Assembly (NCBI GenBank): GCA_035529375.1
Contig: DATKWU010000005.1
Span: forward strand, 521-64,520
Source: Patescibacteria group bacterium
GTDB lineage: Bacteria; Patescibacteriota; Microgenomatia; PFEM01; JAHIFH01
Reading direction: 5' to 3'
Length of the DNA: 64,000 nt
The position numbers and the translations under genes are program-made. Positions 38,541-47,411 of this stretch are shown here, one piece after another. How positions within the stretch are numbered: the first letter of the stretch is position 1; each line of letters opens with the position of its first letter. Under the pieces are notes generated by a model. That model was not told the origin of the DNA. It searched no databases and saw only the letters and a list, made by a program, of their open reading frames with translations.

Positions 38541-39343
38541 ATTATTCCATTTTTTTTGAACAATTTTTTTAATCTTTTGGTAACTAATGGCTTGCCTAGC
38601 CTGTTTTTTCCGTAAACGCAAACTTCCAGATTAGCGTTCTCTGACTCCCGGTCAACCGGCCTCCTATCGAAGGGGTGAAAGTGAATCACTTTCAGTGGTT
38701 TGTCGGCAATCTCATAAGTTTTAACAATATCTCTTCTTCTGGTCGCAAAATTATAGGTGATGTTGATTCGGTTGATTCTCTTTTTCAAATATTGGAATCT
38801 TTTTTTCTTGAGAATGTCCAGCAAGACGACTTCCTCGTTAGCCCGATAGGCGTCGGTTGTCCGCTTCCAAATATCGAAAATATATTCCGCCTTCGTGTCA
38901 AAGAATATCGTTCCCGTACTCCACCTTTTATCTAGCGTAAAATGAATAACCGTCTTGCCGTAATCAGTCAAAGCCAAATCGTAACCATCAAGCATTTGTT
39001 TCGCCTCGCCTTCAGTTATTTTTTGGAGCTGGAAAGCATCGTTGTCGTGATACCAAAAAATATCATCGCTGATAATGCCCATGTTATACAGGGTAATAAT
39101 CGCATTAATTTTAGTCGCTGTCGGTTTGATATGGTTGAAATTATCATCCCCAATGACCAATGCTTTAACCCCTTCATACTCGTAATCAAAGCTGGTCACC
39201 AATAAAATGTCTTTCCGTTTCCACCCCAACTCCAAACTGTTATCAATCTGGATTTTTATCAAAGACTCAACCTCACTACTCCAGTTGTACTGGTCACTTA
39301 CAAAACTTCTGTTTGGACTGATGTAAATTAGTAAGTTTTTCAT
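38537..39343 (-). CDS. Putative nucleotide-sugar glycosyltransferase-like protein (DxD-containing, family unassigned)
   Basis: Preferred start MKNLLIYISP gives an ATGA overlap with the upstream methyltransferase gene. YHDNDAF is a DxD-like motif. Rich in W/Y/K, like its neighbours. Confidence 0.35.
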   Translation of the reverse strand: MKNLLIYISPNRSFVSDQYNWSSEVESLIKIQIDNSLELGWKRKDILLVTSFDYEYEGVKALVIGDDNFNHIKPTATKINAIITLYNMGIISDDIFWYHDNDAFQLQKITEGEAKQMLDGYDLALTDYGKTVIHFTLDKRWSTGTIFFDTKAEYIFDIWKRTTDAYRANEEVVLLDILKKKRFQYLKKRINRINITYNFATRRRDIVKTYEIADKPLKVIHFHPFDRRPVDRESENANLEVCVYGKNRLGKPLVTKRLKKLFKKNGII

Positions 39344-39957
39344 TTGATCCAAAACCAACTTGGGCAACGGTCGCTGTCTTTTCCAATAACATACCAATTC
39401 TTTATCCTATTAGCCTGGGTATAGGCATCAACCGCAAACTTGACCTGCATATTTTCCCAAGCCCAAGGTTGCTTTCTCTTTTTAAAGTCCTCTGGATGAA
39501 TATAATCATGTCCAGCAATCGTCCCACCCTTCCTGACTTTCTTTGACCAACCATCAATGTCCTCAGCCACATACTTTAAAATATGATTGCCGTCAATATA
39601 AACAAAATCCAAACTCTCATTCTCAAAGTTCTTTAAAGCCTCCATCGAGGTTTTTCTCACAACGGTAGCGTTTTCGTAACGGGATAAAAGTTTCCAAGCC
39701 CGATGATAAAGATATTCTTGTCTCTCTACTCGGGCGTCTTCTACTCGATCAAAGCCGGGATAGGGTGTCCAATAATCTATGGCGTAAATTTTCAATCCCG
39801 CCTTACAAAACTTTCTAGAAAACCAGCCTTTGTAAACTCCGATTTCTGCTCCGATTTGGTAACCCATTTCCTTAAAAAAGCCAGGTAAATCATTTCGTGA
39901 AGAACCGGGAATCACAAAAGGGTTGTCTTGGTGTTTAATTCCTTTAATTATTTTCAT
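39340..39957 (-). CDS. Class I SAM-dependent methyltransferase, TylF/MycF (macrocin O-MT)-like
   Basis: FFKEMGYQIGAEIGVYKGWFS (motif I-like), IDYW, GGTIAGHDY. Size of 205 aa is typical of TylF-family sugar O-methyltransferases. Confidence 0.55.
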   Translation of the reverse strand: MKIIKGIKHQDNPFVIPGSSRNDLPGFFKEMGYQIGAEIGVYKGWFSRKFCKAGLKIYAIDYWTPYPGFDRVEDARVERQEYLYHRAWKLLSRYENATVVRKTSMEALKNFENESLDFVYIDGNHILKYVAEDIDGWSKKVRKGGTIAGHDYIHPEDFKKRKQPWAWENMQVKFAVDAYTQANRIKNWYVIGKDSDRCPSWFWIK

Positions 39958-39958
39958 T

Positions 39959-40630
39959 CTATTTTTTGTAAATTTCTTTCACTCCTTTCATTAAACTCGC
40001 CCTTACTTTCTTGCCGTTTCCCCAATAAGGCAAGTCGTAAATCGGCGCTCTTTCGGAATGGGTATAGTACCTCATACTCCGATGGGTTTTAACTTGAAAC
40101 ACAGGGTTTTTTGTTTTCCAATAATAAATCTTGTCAAAAATATCGTCTTTCTTTGTTCTCTCTTTGGGAAAGTTCTTTTCTTCTACTGACCACTGAGGCA
40201 ATCCTTTAAACTGTTCACCTAATACCTTTAGATAATATTTTCTGCCGATAACTTGGGCGTGGGTTGCCCCTTCCTTTTTGTAAAACCAGTAATTCCGGTG
40301 ATCACCCATGACATAGACATTCGAGTTTCGGTAACACCGATCCAATTCTCTTGGTCTGAAGGTAAAATAATCGGGAGGATACATGCAGTCGGCCTCGGCC
40401 GAGATGACGAAATCGGCCTTTGTGTTTTGACAGCCTATTTGAATTTGCCTGAACATATTAAAATTAGAAGCGCCCACGTTGCCGATGCAGATGTTTTTCC
40501 CAAAGTTAATCGGTTCTTGAGAAACGCTAATAATCGGCAAATCAGTCACTTTCAAAATGTTTGCTTTGATCCTATTTTCAAACTCAGGGTGCTCCTGATT
40601 GCTAGTGTAGTATATAATAGTTGCCGTCAT
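39959..40630 (-). CDS. Unknown-family protein; paralogue of ORF 41610-42272 (candidate GT-A-like transferase)
   Basis: Shares IISVSQEPINFGKN / IITISRKPLDWGKN, AEADCMYPPDYFTFRP / ADDDTLYPEQHFQFRP and C-terminal YDLPYWGNGKKVR / YDIPIWGKAKNLR with ORF 41610-42272. Confidence 0.5.
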   Translation of the reverse strand: MTATIIYYTSNQEHPEFENRIKANILKVTDLPIISVSQEPINFGKNICIGNVGASNFNMFRQIQIGCQNTKADFVISAEADCMYPPDYFTFRPRELDRCYRNSNVYVMGDHRNYWFYKKEGATHAQVIGRKYYLKVLGEQFKGLPQWSVEEKNFPKERTKKDDIFDKIYYWKTKNPVFQVKTHRSMRYYTHSERAPIYDLPYWGNGKKVRASLMKGVKEIYKK

Positions 40631-41649
40631 GTTAGCTTTTGATATAGTTTGACTACGTTTTCAATATGATATGGTTCCGCCATTTTGATTAATTTTTCAG
40701 GCCATTGATCGTATTCTGCTTTTAACTTTTTAACTCCTGCCAGCAGTTCTTTCATATTGTTGGCAGGCAGATAGTAACCTTCAATTTCTTTGTAGCTTTT
40801 TAGCGGGTAGGCAACGGTAGGAACTCCAAATGAGGCGGCATTGATAATTTTAGTGGGTGTTTTGTGAATGCTCTGATCTCCCAACTCCCAGCCCCCGATT
40901 ACCAAAATGTCAATGTTTTTGTAAAAATTAGCAGCATCTTCCCTCCCTTCAAACTTAAAACAAGTAACAAAATCAAAACCTATTTCTTTAACGGCCCTCC
41001 CTATTCGCCCATATATTTCTCTCGCAATTGGCGAAACGCTTCCGGTATATCCACAAGTATTAACTTCCTTCCGTTCTCTTCTTTGCCCTTCCCAATTGAG
41101 GTGGTGATGAGGGATAAGAACGACTTTGTTCGCTAAATGATTTTTCAGCCAATCGTAACTTCTCTTTGAGGCGGCGATTAAATTAATCCCTGGTCTTTTT
41201 TTCAGCTTTTTAATAAACTTGCCTCCATCCAAAACATCTACCCAGTCGCCATCCTCAATATCGTCTAAATTACTTGGCTTAAGATAAATGCAGACATCGT
41301 TCTTGTATTTTTTCTTTGGGTTAATTCTGGCACCCAAAAACTTAGCCATCTGATATCCTCTTATTTCTGTTGAAAGATAGCCTCCATGCTTCTTAGGCCA
41401 AAAAATGCTAATCATCCTTTCTTTGATATTCCTTCTTTCATCGAAATATTCGTTGATAGCATTGACCAGCTCTGAACTAAATCTTTTTAAATCCTGAAGT
41501 TCCTTGGCGTCTTTTTTTGTGCGTTTATCTCTTTGAACTTTATCGACCAAATGAAATATTTTAATGTTGGTTATTCCCAGTTCGTCAATTAATGCTCCTA
41601 TTGTCTTTTTCATACAAACTTTCTCCTTAAATTTTTTGCTTTTCCCCAA
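40627..41649 (-). CDS. GT-B (family 1-like) glycosyltransferase, tentative
   Basis: C-terminal region DILVIGGWELGDQS...KIINAASFGVPTVAYP resembles the nucleotide-sugar-binding half of GT1 enzymes. The N-terminal ~60 aa are Lys-rich. Confidence 0.4.
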   Translation of the reverse strand: MGKSKKFKEKVCMKKTIGALIDELGITNIKIFHLVDKVQRDKRTKKDAKELQDLKRFSSELVNAINEYFDERRNIKERMISIFWPKKHGGYLSTEIRGYQMAKFLGARINPKKKYKNDVCIYLKPSNLDDIEDGDWVDVLDGGKFIKKLKKRPGINLIAASKRSYDWLKNHLANKVVLIPHHHLNWEGQRRERKEVNTCGYTGSVSPIAREIYGRIGRAVKEIGFDFVTCFKFEGREDAANFYKNIDILVIGGWELGDQSIHKTPTKIINAASFGVPTVAYPLKSYKEIEGYYLPANNMKELLAGVKKLKAEYDQWPEKLIKMAEPYHIENVVKLYQKLT

Positions 41650-42272
41650 ATGGGAATATCATAAGCTCTTACTGGCCAAGGATATTTTCTTCTTCTTTGA
41701 TTTAATTTATCCATCGATTTCTGGTGGTAAAAACTAACTACTGGCGCTTTGGTATAAAATGTTTCAGCTTTTATCAAATCATATTTAAGCATTACCCGTT
41801 TATCTCCTAATTCCCCATGTAAACCATGACGCATCTTATCCAAGTTTTGAAGCCTATTTTCAATTGCTTTTATTATTGCGTTACGAGTGGCTATCATCAA
41901 CCCACCACCACAACGGGGCTTATGAAAATAGTATGATCTCCCCCATGTAAAAAGATGCCACCTATTCAGATTGTAAAAGAACCCTTCTTTATTTGGTCTA
42001 AATTGAAAGTGTTGTTCAGGATAAAGAGTGTCATCGTCTGCTATGGCTATGTAGGGAGTTTTAGCTAGCTTTGCCCCCCTTAACTTTTGCTCAAAGAGAT
42101 TTACTACCCCGTATTCCGTCTGAATCAAGTTCTTTCCCCAATCTAATGGCTTGCGTGAAATAGTAATTATTGGGCAACCACCAGACGCTTCCAATAGTTT
42201 TTCCTTATGAAACTCCGCCCACTTTTCAGGCACTAGGTTTGGTGTACACATTATTATTGTTAAATCCTTCAT
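41610..42272 (-). CDS. Unknown-family protein; paralogue of ORF 39959-40630
   Basis: See the paralogue entry. ADDD and W-rich motifs. Confidence 0.5.
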   Translation of the reverse strand: MKDLTIIMCTPNLVPEKWAEFHKEKLLEASGGCPIITISRKPLDWGKNLIQTEYGVVNLFEQKLRGAKLAKTPYIAIADDDTLYPEQHFQFRPNKEGFFYNLNRWHLFTWGRSYYFHKPRCGGGLMIATRNAIIKAIENRLQNLDKMRHGLHGELGDKRVMLKYDLIKAETFYTKAPVVSFYHQKSMDKLNQRRRKYPWPVRAYDIPIWGKAKNLRRKFV

Positions 42273-42553
42273 AGTAGTTTTCGGTAAAAATCTTTATTTA
42301 TCTTGGTAAAACCTACCTTCTCATATAATTTTTTGGCTGGTAGATTATCTTTATTCACTACCAATTCTACTGAATCCACATTTTTATCTTTAGCCAATGC
42401 CAATGCCTTATCAAGCAATTCAGTTCCAATGCCCATTCTCCGATGTGCCTTCTCGACTTCAACCACATCTATTATCATCACGTTAGCCTTCCCATTGTTA
42501 TAGAAAGTGCATAAACACGACCCGCTTTTTACCTTTATTTTTTGCTGTTCCAT
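42269..42553 (-). CDS. Small GNAT-family N-acetyltransferase
   Basis: Motif A region VEKAHRRMGIGTELLDKALALAK; 94 aa. Overlaps the DegT gene end by 19 nt. Confidence 0.6.
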   Translation of the reverse strand: MEQQKIKVKSGSCLCTFYNNGKANVMIIDVVEVEKAHRRMGIGTELLDKALALAKDKNVDSVELVVNKDNLPAKKLYEKVGFTKINKDFYRKLL

Positions 42554-43614
42554 TTATTAAATGTCTCCCCTATGTAATTAACATCTTCTATCGTTATCCG
42601 ACTATGAAGCGGAAGATAGAAATACTTATCTTCCAACCTATTCATATTCGGCAATTCCTGTTTCTTCTTACCAAACACTTCAAAGATGTCGTTCCTCAGT
42701 TGAACCAAGTCGCACTCAATGCCATTCTCTCGAAGGTATCTTATTAGCTCATCCCTTTCGTCTGACAGAATCATAAATAGCCAATAAGAACCACCACATA
42801 TCTTCCTATAAGAGGATAACTTTTTCATATAGGCTTCACATAAAGTTTTCCTGTACTCTAGGATTTCGTCTGTGTATTTAAGTCCTATTAATCCCAAGGT
42901 GGCGGCGATATCGTTCATATGGAACTTATAACCAGCCTCTTTAATTTCTTGAGCCATCTGGTGATTAACAACGCATCTCCACCCTGCTCGCTTTTTGGCT
43001 TCTCTGTCAATACCAAACCACCTTAATCTTTTAGCCCGATTGTAAATCTGTTTATTCCTAACCACCAACATCCCACCATCACCAGTAGTAAAATGCTTAA
43101 TCGCCTGAAAAGAGTAACAAATATAATCCCCATAGTCCTCACTTATTCCAAGTGACTGGGCAGCATCTATTACAACTGGCACTCCGTAACGCTTGGCGAT
43201 AGTAAAGATTCTCTTATCAACCTGAAGTCCACCCAAATTGACTACCACCAATGCCTTTGTTTTGTTACTTATTTTTTTCTTGACATCATCATAGTTCACC
43301 AAAAAATCTTCGTTAATATCTAAAAAATTAATATTGGCTTCTCTGTGGAGTAACGGCAGATTAGTTGCGGTACAAGTAAAAACAGCAGTTAAAACTTCAT
43401 CACCGCTCCCAATCCCGATAAGATGATATGCTAGTTCCAAGGCAGCCGAACCACTATTTACGCCTAGGCAATATCCATAGCCAAATTTCTTCCCAAAGGC
43501 TTTCTCAAATTCCTCTACTTTCGGTCCTTGCCCAAGCCATCTGGTATCGAATATCTTGGATAACTCCTCTAACCATTCTTCTTTATATATTTGTGGATGA
43601 AATAACTGAATCAC
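42535..43614 (-). CDS. DegT/DnrJ/EryC1/StrS-family PLP-dependent sugar aminotransferase
   Basis: GDEVLTAVFTCTATN, DAAQSLG, SFQAIKHFTTGDGGMLVV (PLP-lysine context). 359 aa. Confidence 0.8.
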   Translation of the reverse strand: MIQLFHPQIYKEEWLEELSKIFDTRWLGQGPKVEEFEKAFGKKFGYGYCLGVNSGSAALELAYHLIGIGSGDEVLTAVFTCTATNLPLLHREANINFLDINEDFLVNYDDVKKKISNKTKALVVVNLGGLQVDKRIFTIAKRYGVPVVIDAAQSLGISEDYGDYICYSFQAIKHFTTGDGGMLVVRNKQIYNRAKRLRWFGIDREAKKRAGWRCVVNHQMAQEIKEAGYKFHMNDIAATLGLIGLKYTDEILEYRKTLCEAYMKKLSSYRKICGGSYWLFMILSDERDELIRYLRENGIECDLVQLRNDIFEVFGKKKQELPNMNRLEDKYFYLPLHSRITIEDVNYIGETFNKWNSKK

Positions 43615-44537
43615 TATACCCTCCTTACAATTGTTGTCTTGTAACCAAGATGTTCCAAAATTTCCTTTCGGTGGTTGCCGTCAAGGATTTTGTAATGCTT
43701 ATTAACGATAATCGGCTCCTTGATGCCAAACTTTTTAACATCCCAATACATTCTTACCTTGTCATACATCCATTTTTCCAAATCCTCTCGTGGCTTGCGT
43801 CGGTGTTTTTTACAAAACATCTTAAAATATCTGGTCTGTAGAGGATGAACTCCTTGGTCTAATTCCGAATAATACATTCCCTGAACGTGATTACCCCTGA
43901 GCAACTTATTTAGTTCCACCCTTTCTAAACATGGGTTTTTAAAGCAATAAGATTCCAAACTCCTCGGGCGGGGATCGTCCTCCGTTGAGAGTTGGGGAAC
44001 ATGGCTAACTAACTCCCAATTTTTAAAATACCTTAAGATATTATGTTTATATCCTGAGGCCATACAAAAGTATTCTTTTTTACGAATGGCGGTGATAATG
44101 CAATACCTTGCCTTTTTTTGGAGGATATCCAATAAATCAAGCCATTCCTGAACCAACAAATAGTAGTGCGAGTTGATAAAGGACATGTAGTCAGCCACAG
44201 GTATCGCATCGATCAAATCCTGCATCCGACCACATCTCAAACTATACCTACCGCTAACTTTGGCCTGATAAGCCAATCCTCTTTCAACCGCTTCAGGATT
44301 AAATTCAGTCCCTACCACTCTCTCAAACCCCATATCTTCAGCAAATTTCAAAAACAAACCAGCATTGGTACCCATATCTACATAGGTTAGGCCTTTAACG
44401 TTCCCGTTAAAGTGGGGAACGACATAATTATTCCACTTACTTTTGCCCCAAAACTTACTGTTAATCTGTTTATCAGTCAGATCAGTTTTAACCCCATCCT
44501 CTAAATACTGGTAGTTAGTAAATTTCATTTGAACCAC
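43614..44537 (-). CDS. SAM-dependent methyltransferase-like protein (FkbM-like motif I) with a C-terminal domain of unknown function
   Basis: YVDMGTNAGLFLKFAEDMGFERVVGTEFNPEAV resembles methyltransferase motif I/II. C-terminal ...LDGNHRKEILEHLGYK unassigned. Confidence 0.4.
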   Translation of the reverse strand: MVQMKFTNYQYLEDGVKTDLTDKQINSKFWGKSKWNNYVVPHFNGNVKGLTYVDMGTNAGLFLKFAEDMGFERVVGTEFNPEAVERGLAYQAKVSGRYSLRCGRMQDLIDAIPVADYMSFINSHYYLLVQEWLDLLDILQKKARYCIITAIRKKEYFCMASGYKHNILRYFKNWELVSHVPQLSTEDDPRPRSLESYCFKNPCLERVELNKLLRGNHVQGMYYSELDQGVHPLQTRYFKMFCKKHRRKPREDLEKWMYDKVRMYWDVKKFGIKEPIIVNKHYKILDGNHRKEILEHLGYKTTIVRRV

Positions 44538-45331
44538 TTAGGTACAATTTCTTTTTCATAATAATCACGCCAAATTTTTAAAGTGTAAGCAAACCCATCT
44601 CTAGCTTCTTGGCCACCGTAGCCATGAGTCCGGGGGAATTTGCGGTGTTTGTGGGCGTGCCAAGTGTTTTTGTTGACCATCAACTTTCCGCCCGCTTGCC
44701 AAGTTTTGAACTGCATTTCGTGTGAATCTTGGTAGTGGGTTCCATACCCTCCGCTTTGCAGTTCGCCAATGACCTCATCCCACCATTTTTTCTTCATCAC
44801 CCAACAAGACCCCTGCATTGCCATCGTTTCATCCAACACGATTTCTTTCCTTTCTTTAGCTCTCCTCGGCCAATTAAGACCTGAAAACTTTTCTGTTTTG
44901 CCTCCTTTACCATCGCTGACTTTGCCGATAATTAACTTCATATAATCAACTGGGGGAATATCCATTACCTCCCATTTCTCAACATCCAGAAAGTAGCGTC
45001 TTGGGGTAACAATCCAGCTGTGTTTAATTTGGGAAGTTAATATCTTGTCATAGCCTTTGGCAAAAGTGGCGTGTTCGTCTGTCCGCATAATGTATTTGCC
45101 CCGAGCAACTCTTATACCGCAGTTGATGGCGTTCCTCATGCCCTGATTTTTGCCAAGATGAATCACTCTTAGGCGGGGGTCATCTTTTAATTGGGGGTTG
45201 GGCCAATAGCCGTCCAAAATAGCGATTACCTCAAGTCTTTCTCCCAAGACAGAGTTTGCCAATAGAGAATCGGTCGTCTTTTGGAGCAGAGGATCCTTGT
45301 AACTTGGAATGATCACCGATAGATTTATCAT
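44525..45331 (-). CDS. Family 2 glycosyltransferase (paralogue of ORF 36559-37665)
   Basis: LSVIIPSYKDP...VIAILDGYW...RTDEHATF. Shares QGSCW and WQAGGKLMVNKNTWHAHKH with the paralogue. Confidence 0.7.
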   Translation of the reverse strand: MINLSVIIPSYKDPLLQKTTDSLLANSVLGERLEVIAILDGYWPNPQLKDDPRLRVIHLGKNQGMRNAINCGIRVARGKYIMRTDEHATFAKGYDKILTSQIKHSWIVTPRRYFLDVEKWEVMDIPPVDYMKLIIGKVSDGKGGKTEKFSGLNWPRRAKERKEIVLDETMAMQGSCWVMKKKWWDEVIGELQSGGYGTHYQDSHEMQFKTWQAGGKLMVNKNTWHAHKHRKFPRTHGYGGQEARDGFAYTLKIWRDYYEKEIVPKWFK

Positions 45332-45413
45332 TATTAATTTCTTTCCACCCTCTTAATAAGACAAGCCCCAACTTTAAGAAGATTGCCGGGGCAGCAAATT
45401 CGGCTCTCATCTT

Positions 45414-46064
45414 TTATAGGAAGACTCGATCATAGTAATCGTATTTCAGGTTTTCTCGAATATTCCAGCTGTTAGGAAAGTTTGATTGGCCTTTGGTATA
45501 ACGGAAAGAGCCCGCACCGCCTTCTTTCATAATAAACCAATTGCCTTTTGTGTCGATGAATCCGAAATAAGAGATTTCACTTTCGTCTATCTCGACAATT
45601 TGATAACCATCGGTGGGTTGAGTTTCGGCGGGATGGATCGTTTCGCCAGTGGGGGCTTTGAGAGCCATGACTCCTGAATCTGGAGCTCCTCCTATTAGCA
45701 AACCCTCAGTCTTTCTGGCAAGAATGGAGTAGATGAAGTAAGAAATGCCAGCACCGGCGGCTAATTTGAGAAAGGCACGCTTGTCGAGATCGACAATCAC
45801 GGGCTTCTCTGCCTTCTCTTTTTTTTCATTTACTGATGGAGGTGGGGTTGATAATTTTTGGGAGTGAATAACATTGGCTTTCCGCGGAAAAAGGATTAAG
45901 CCAAAGTAGACTAGTAAGGGATAGAAGACAGCAACAATGATCAATTGTTTGTAAGAAACGGCAGTGATAAAAGCAACTACCACTGCCAAGATAGCAATGA
46001 TAAAAATGGGGTAAAACATAAAATGTCTTTTGTTCAGGACGGTATTTGTATGTGTTTGTTGCAT
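45414..46064 (-). CDS. Membrane protein of unknown function (N-terminal two TM helices, C-terminal soluble domain)
   Basis: Hydrophobic N-terminus MFYPIFIIAILAVVVAFITAVSYKQLIIVAVFYPLLVYFGLILF. No motif recognised. Confidence 0.5.
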   Translation of the reverse strand: MQQTHTNTVLNKRHFMFYPIFIIAILAVVVAFITAVSYKQLIIVAVFYPLLVYFGLILFPRKANVIHSQKLSTPPPSVNEKKEKAEKPVIVDLDKRAFLKLAAGAGISYFIYSILARKTEGLLIGGAPDSGVMALKAPTGETIHPAETQPTDGYQIVEIDESEISYFGFIDTKGNWFIMKEGGAGSFRYTKGQSNFPNSWNIRENLKYDYYDRVFL

Positions 46065-46078
46065 TAGTTTACCTTTTT

Positions 46079-47350
46079 TTATATTTCTTCTACTAATAGT
46101 TCTACAACGCTTGCTGATATAAAAGCAGTTGACCCATTATCGAGTTTAATTTCGTACCAACCTGAATTTTCGGAAACAAATTCAAAAGTGTCACCGTTTT
46201 TAGCTTCACCAATTACTTTTGAATCAGTTGTTGGACTTTGGCGAATGTTAGCGCTGGCTGATTCATCAATTTTAACTACCAGCATTGAGGTCTGTCCTAA
46301 AATTTGCGTTGAGGTCTGTTCCGGAGTTTGTGTAGGGGCCTGTTCCAAGGTTTGTGTAGAAGTCCGTCTTAAAATTTGTGTTGAAGCCTGTCCTAAAGCT
46401 TGTGTTAGAGACTGTTTCAAAGTTTGTGTTGAGACCTGTTCCGAGGCCTGATGGATGAGAGTGAGTATAGGGTTGTTTCTTTGGGTGGAGGAAAACCGAA
46501 TGTTCAGAAAACTAGAAGTAAAAAGAACCGCGAAGAAAAAAGAAGCGGCAGCAAACTCAGGGATCCTTTGGTAGATTTTTAATGGAGCGTAAGCCACTGT
46601 TCCTCTGGTAACGTTTCTCTTTGCAAGCGTAAGCATATTCTTTTCAAGATAGCCTGATTCTTTTTCAATAATTATCCTTTCAAGTAATCTTTTTTCCCTT
46701 TGGTTGAGGTTATATTTTTCAACAAAATCTTTATAGCTTTTAATGCCTTTAAGAAACTCATTTTTAAAATTTTCAAAAAATGATAAGACGGTACTTGCTT
46801 TAACCCAGGAAGTTTTTCTTTTACCCAAATAGTCTGCATAAGATGAATAACTGTCAATTAAATTATTACCTTTTTCTTCTTGGAGATGTTGGTGGAGGTA
46901 ATGAGTCATGTTTAGCAGACAGGTGGCATCATTGATAGATACTGATTTATAAGGTCCGCCGAAAAGAGAACCTTGACGCTGATATTTTTTATTGAAATAG
47001 ATAGAGTATTTTGTTGATAGAGACCTCATAAAACCCTCAAGAGAGTCTTTGGCGATTGGACATAAGAGCAAATGAAAATGATCAGGTGTTAGACAATAAG
47101 CAATTAGTTCAACTTTATTGAAATAATTTTTAGGTTGATGCGGTACGCCCCGAAAAGCGCGCCCTTTGACAGTGAAGGTTTTCTGGAGATCTTCAGATTT
47201 TTTGGGAAGAGTCAAATAGTCCTCCAGATGACTAAGAAAAACTTCGTAATCCTGTTTATCATTAAAGATGATTCCGTTTGCAATCCCCCGATTGTAGACA
47301 TGAAAGTAAATTTTACCTTTATTTGTTTTTTTAAGGCCTTGAGCAGTCAT
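46079..47350 (-). CDS. HuH-Y1 (IS200/IS605 TnpA-like) transposase-like domain fused to a hydrophobic segment, a Gln/Thr-rich octapeptide repeat and a C-terminal bacterial SH3-like domain
   Basis: N-terminus KGKIYFHVYNRG...LTPDHFHLLL (HuH) ...KKYQRQG. Middle TQTLKQSLTQALGQASTQILRRTSTQTLEQAPTQTPEQTSTQILGQTS. C-terminus KVIGEAKNGDTFEFVSENSGWYEIKLDNGSTAFISASVV (SH3b-like). Confidence 0.6.
   Translation of the reverse strand: MTAQGLKKTNKGKIYFHVYNRGIANGIIFNDKQDYEVFLSHLEDYLTLPKKSEDLQKTFTVKGRAFRGVPHQPKNYFNKVELIAYCLTPDHFHLLLCPIAKDSLEGFMRSLSTKYSIYFNKKYQRQGSLFGGPYKSVSINDATCLLNMTHYLHQHLQEEKGNNLIDSYSSYADYLGKRKTSWVKASTVLSFFENFKNEFLKGIKSYKDFVEKYNLNQREKRLLERIIIEKESGYLEKNMLTLAKRNVTRGTVAYAPLKIYQRIPEFAAASFFFAVLFTSSFLNIRFSSTQRNNPILTLIHQASEQVSTQTLKQSLTQALGQASTQILRRTSTQTLEQAPTQTPEQTSTQILGQTSMLVVKIDESASANIRQSPTTDSKVIGEAKNGDTFEFVSENSGWYEIKLDNGSTAFISASVVELLVEEI
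46283..46452 (-). repeat. About seven tandem ~24-bp coding repeats (GAGGTCTGTTCC-RRG-TTTGTGTT-like) encoding the TQ-rich octapeptide repeat
   Basis: Direct 24-nt periodicity is visible. The shadow ORF 46188-46451 on the plus strand reads as a VCVEVCS repeat. Confidence 0.8.
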
Positions 47351-47411
47351 GTTTCAAACTTACCATGCGAACAAAGGGGTTACAAGTACCAATTTGAGGC
47401 TAAAAAAACTG

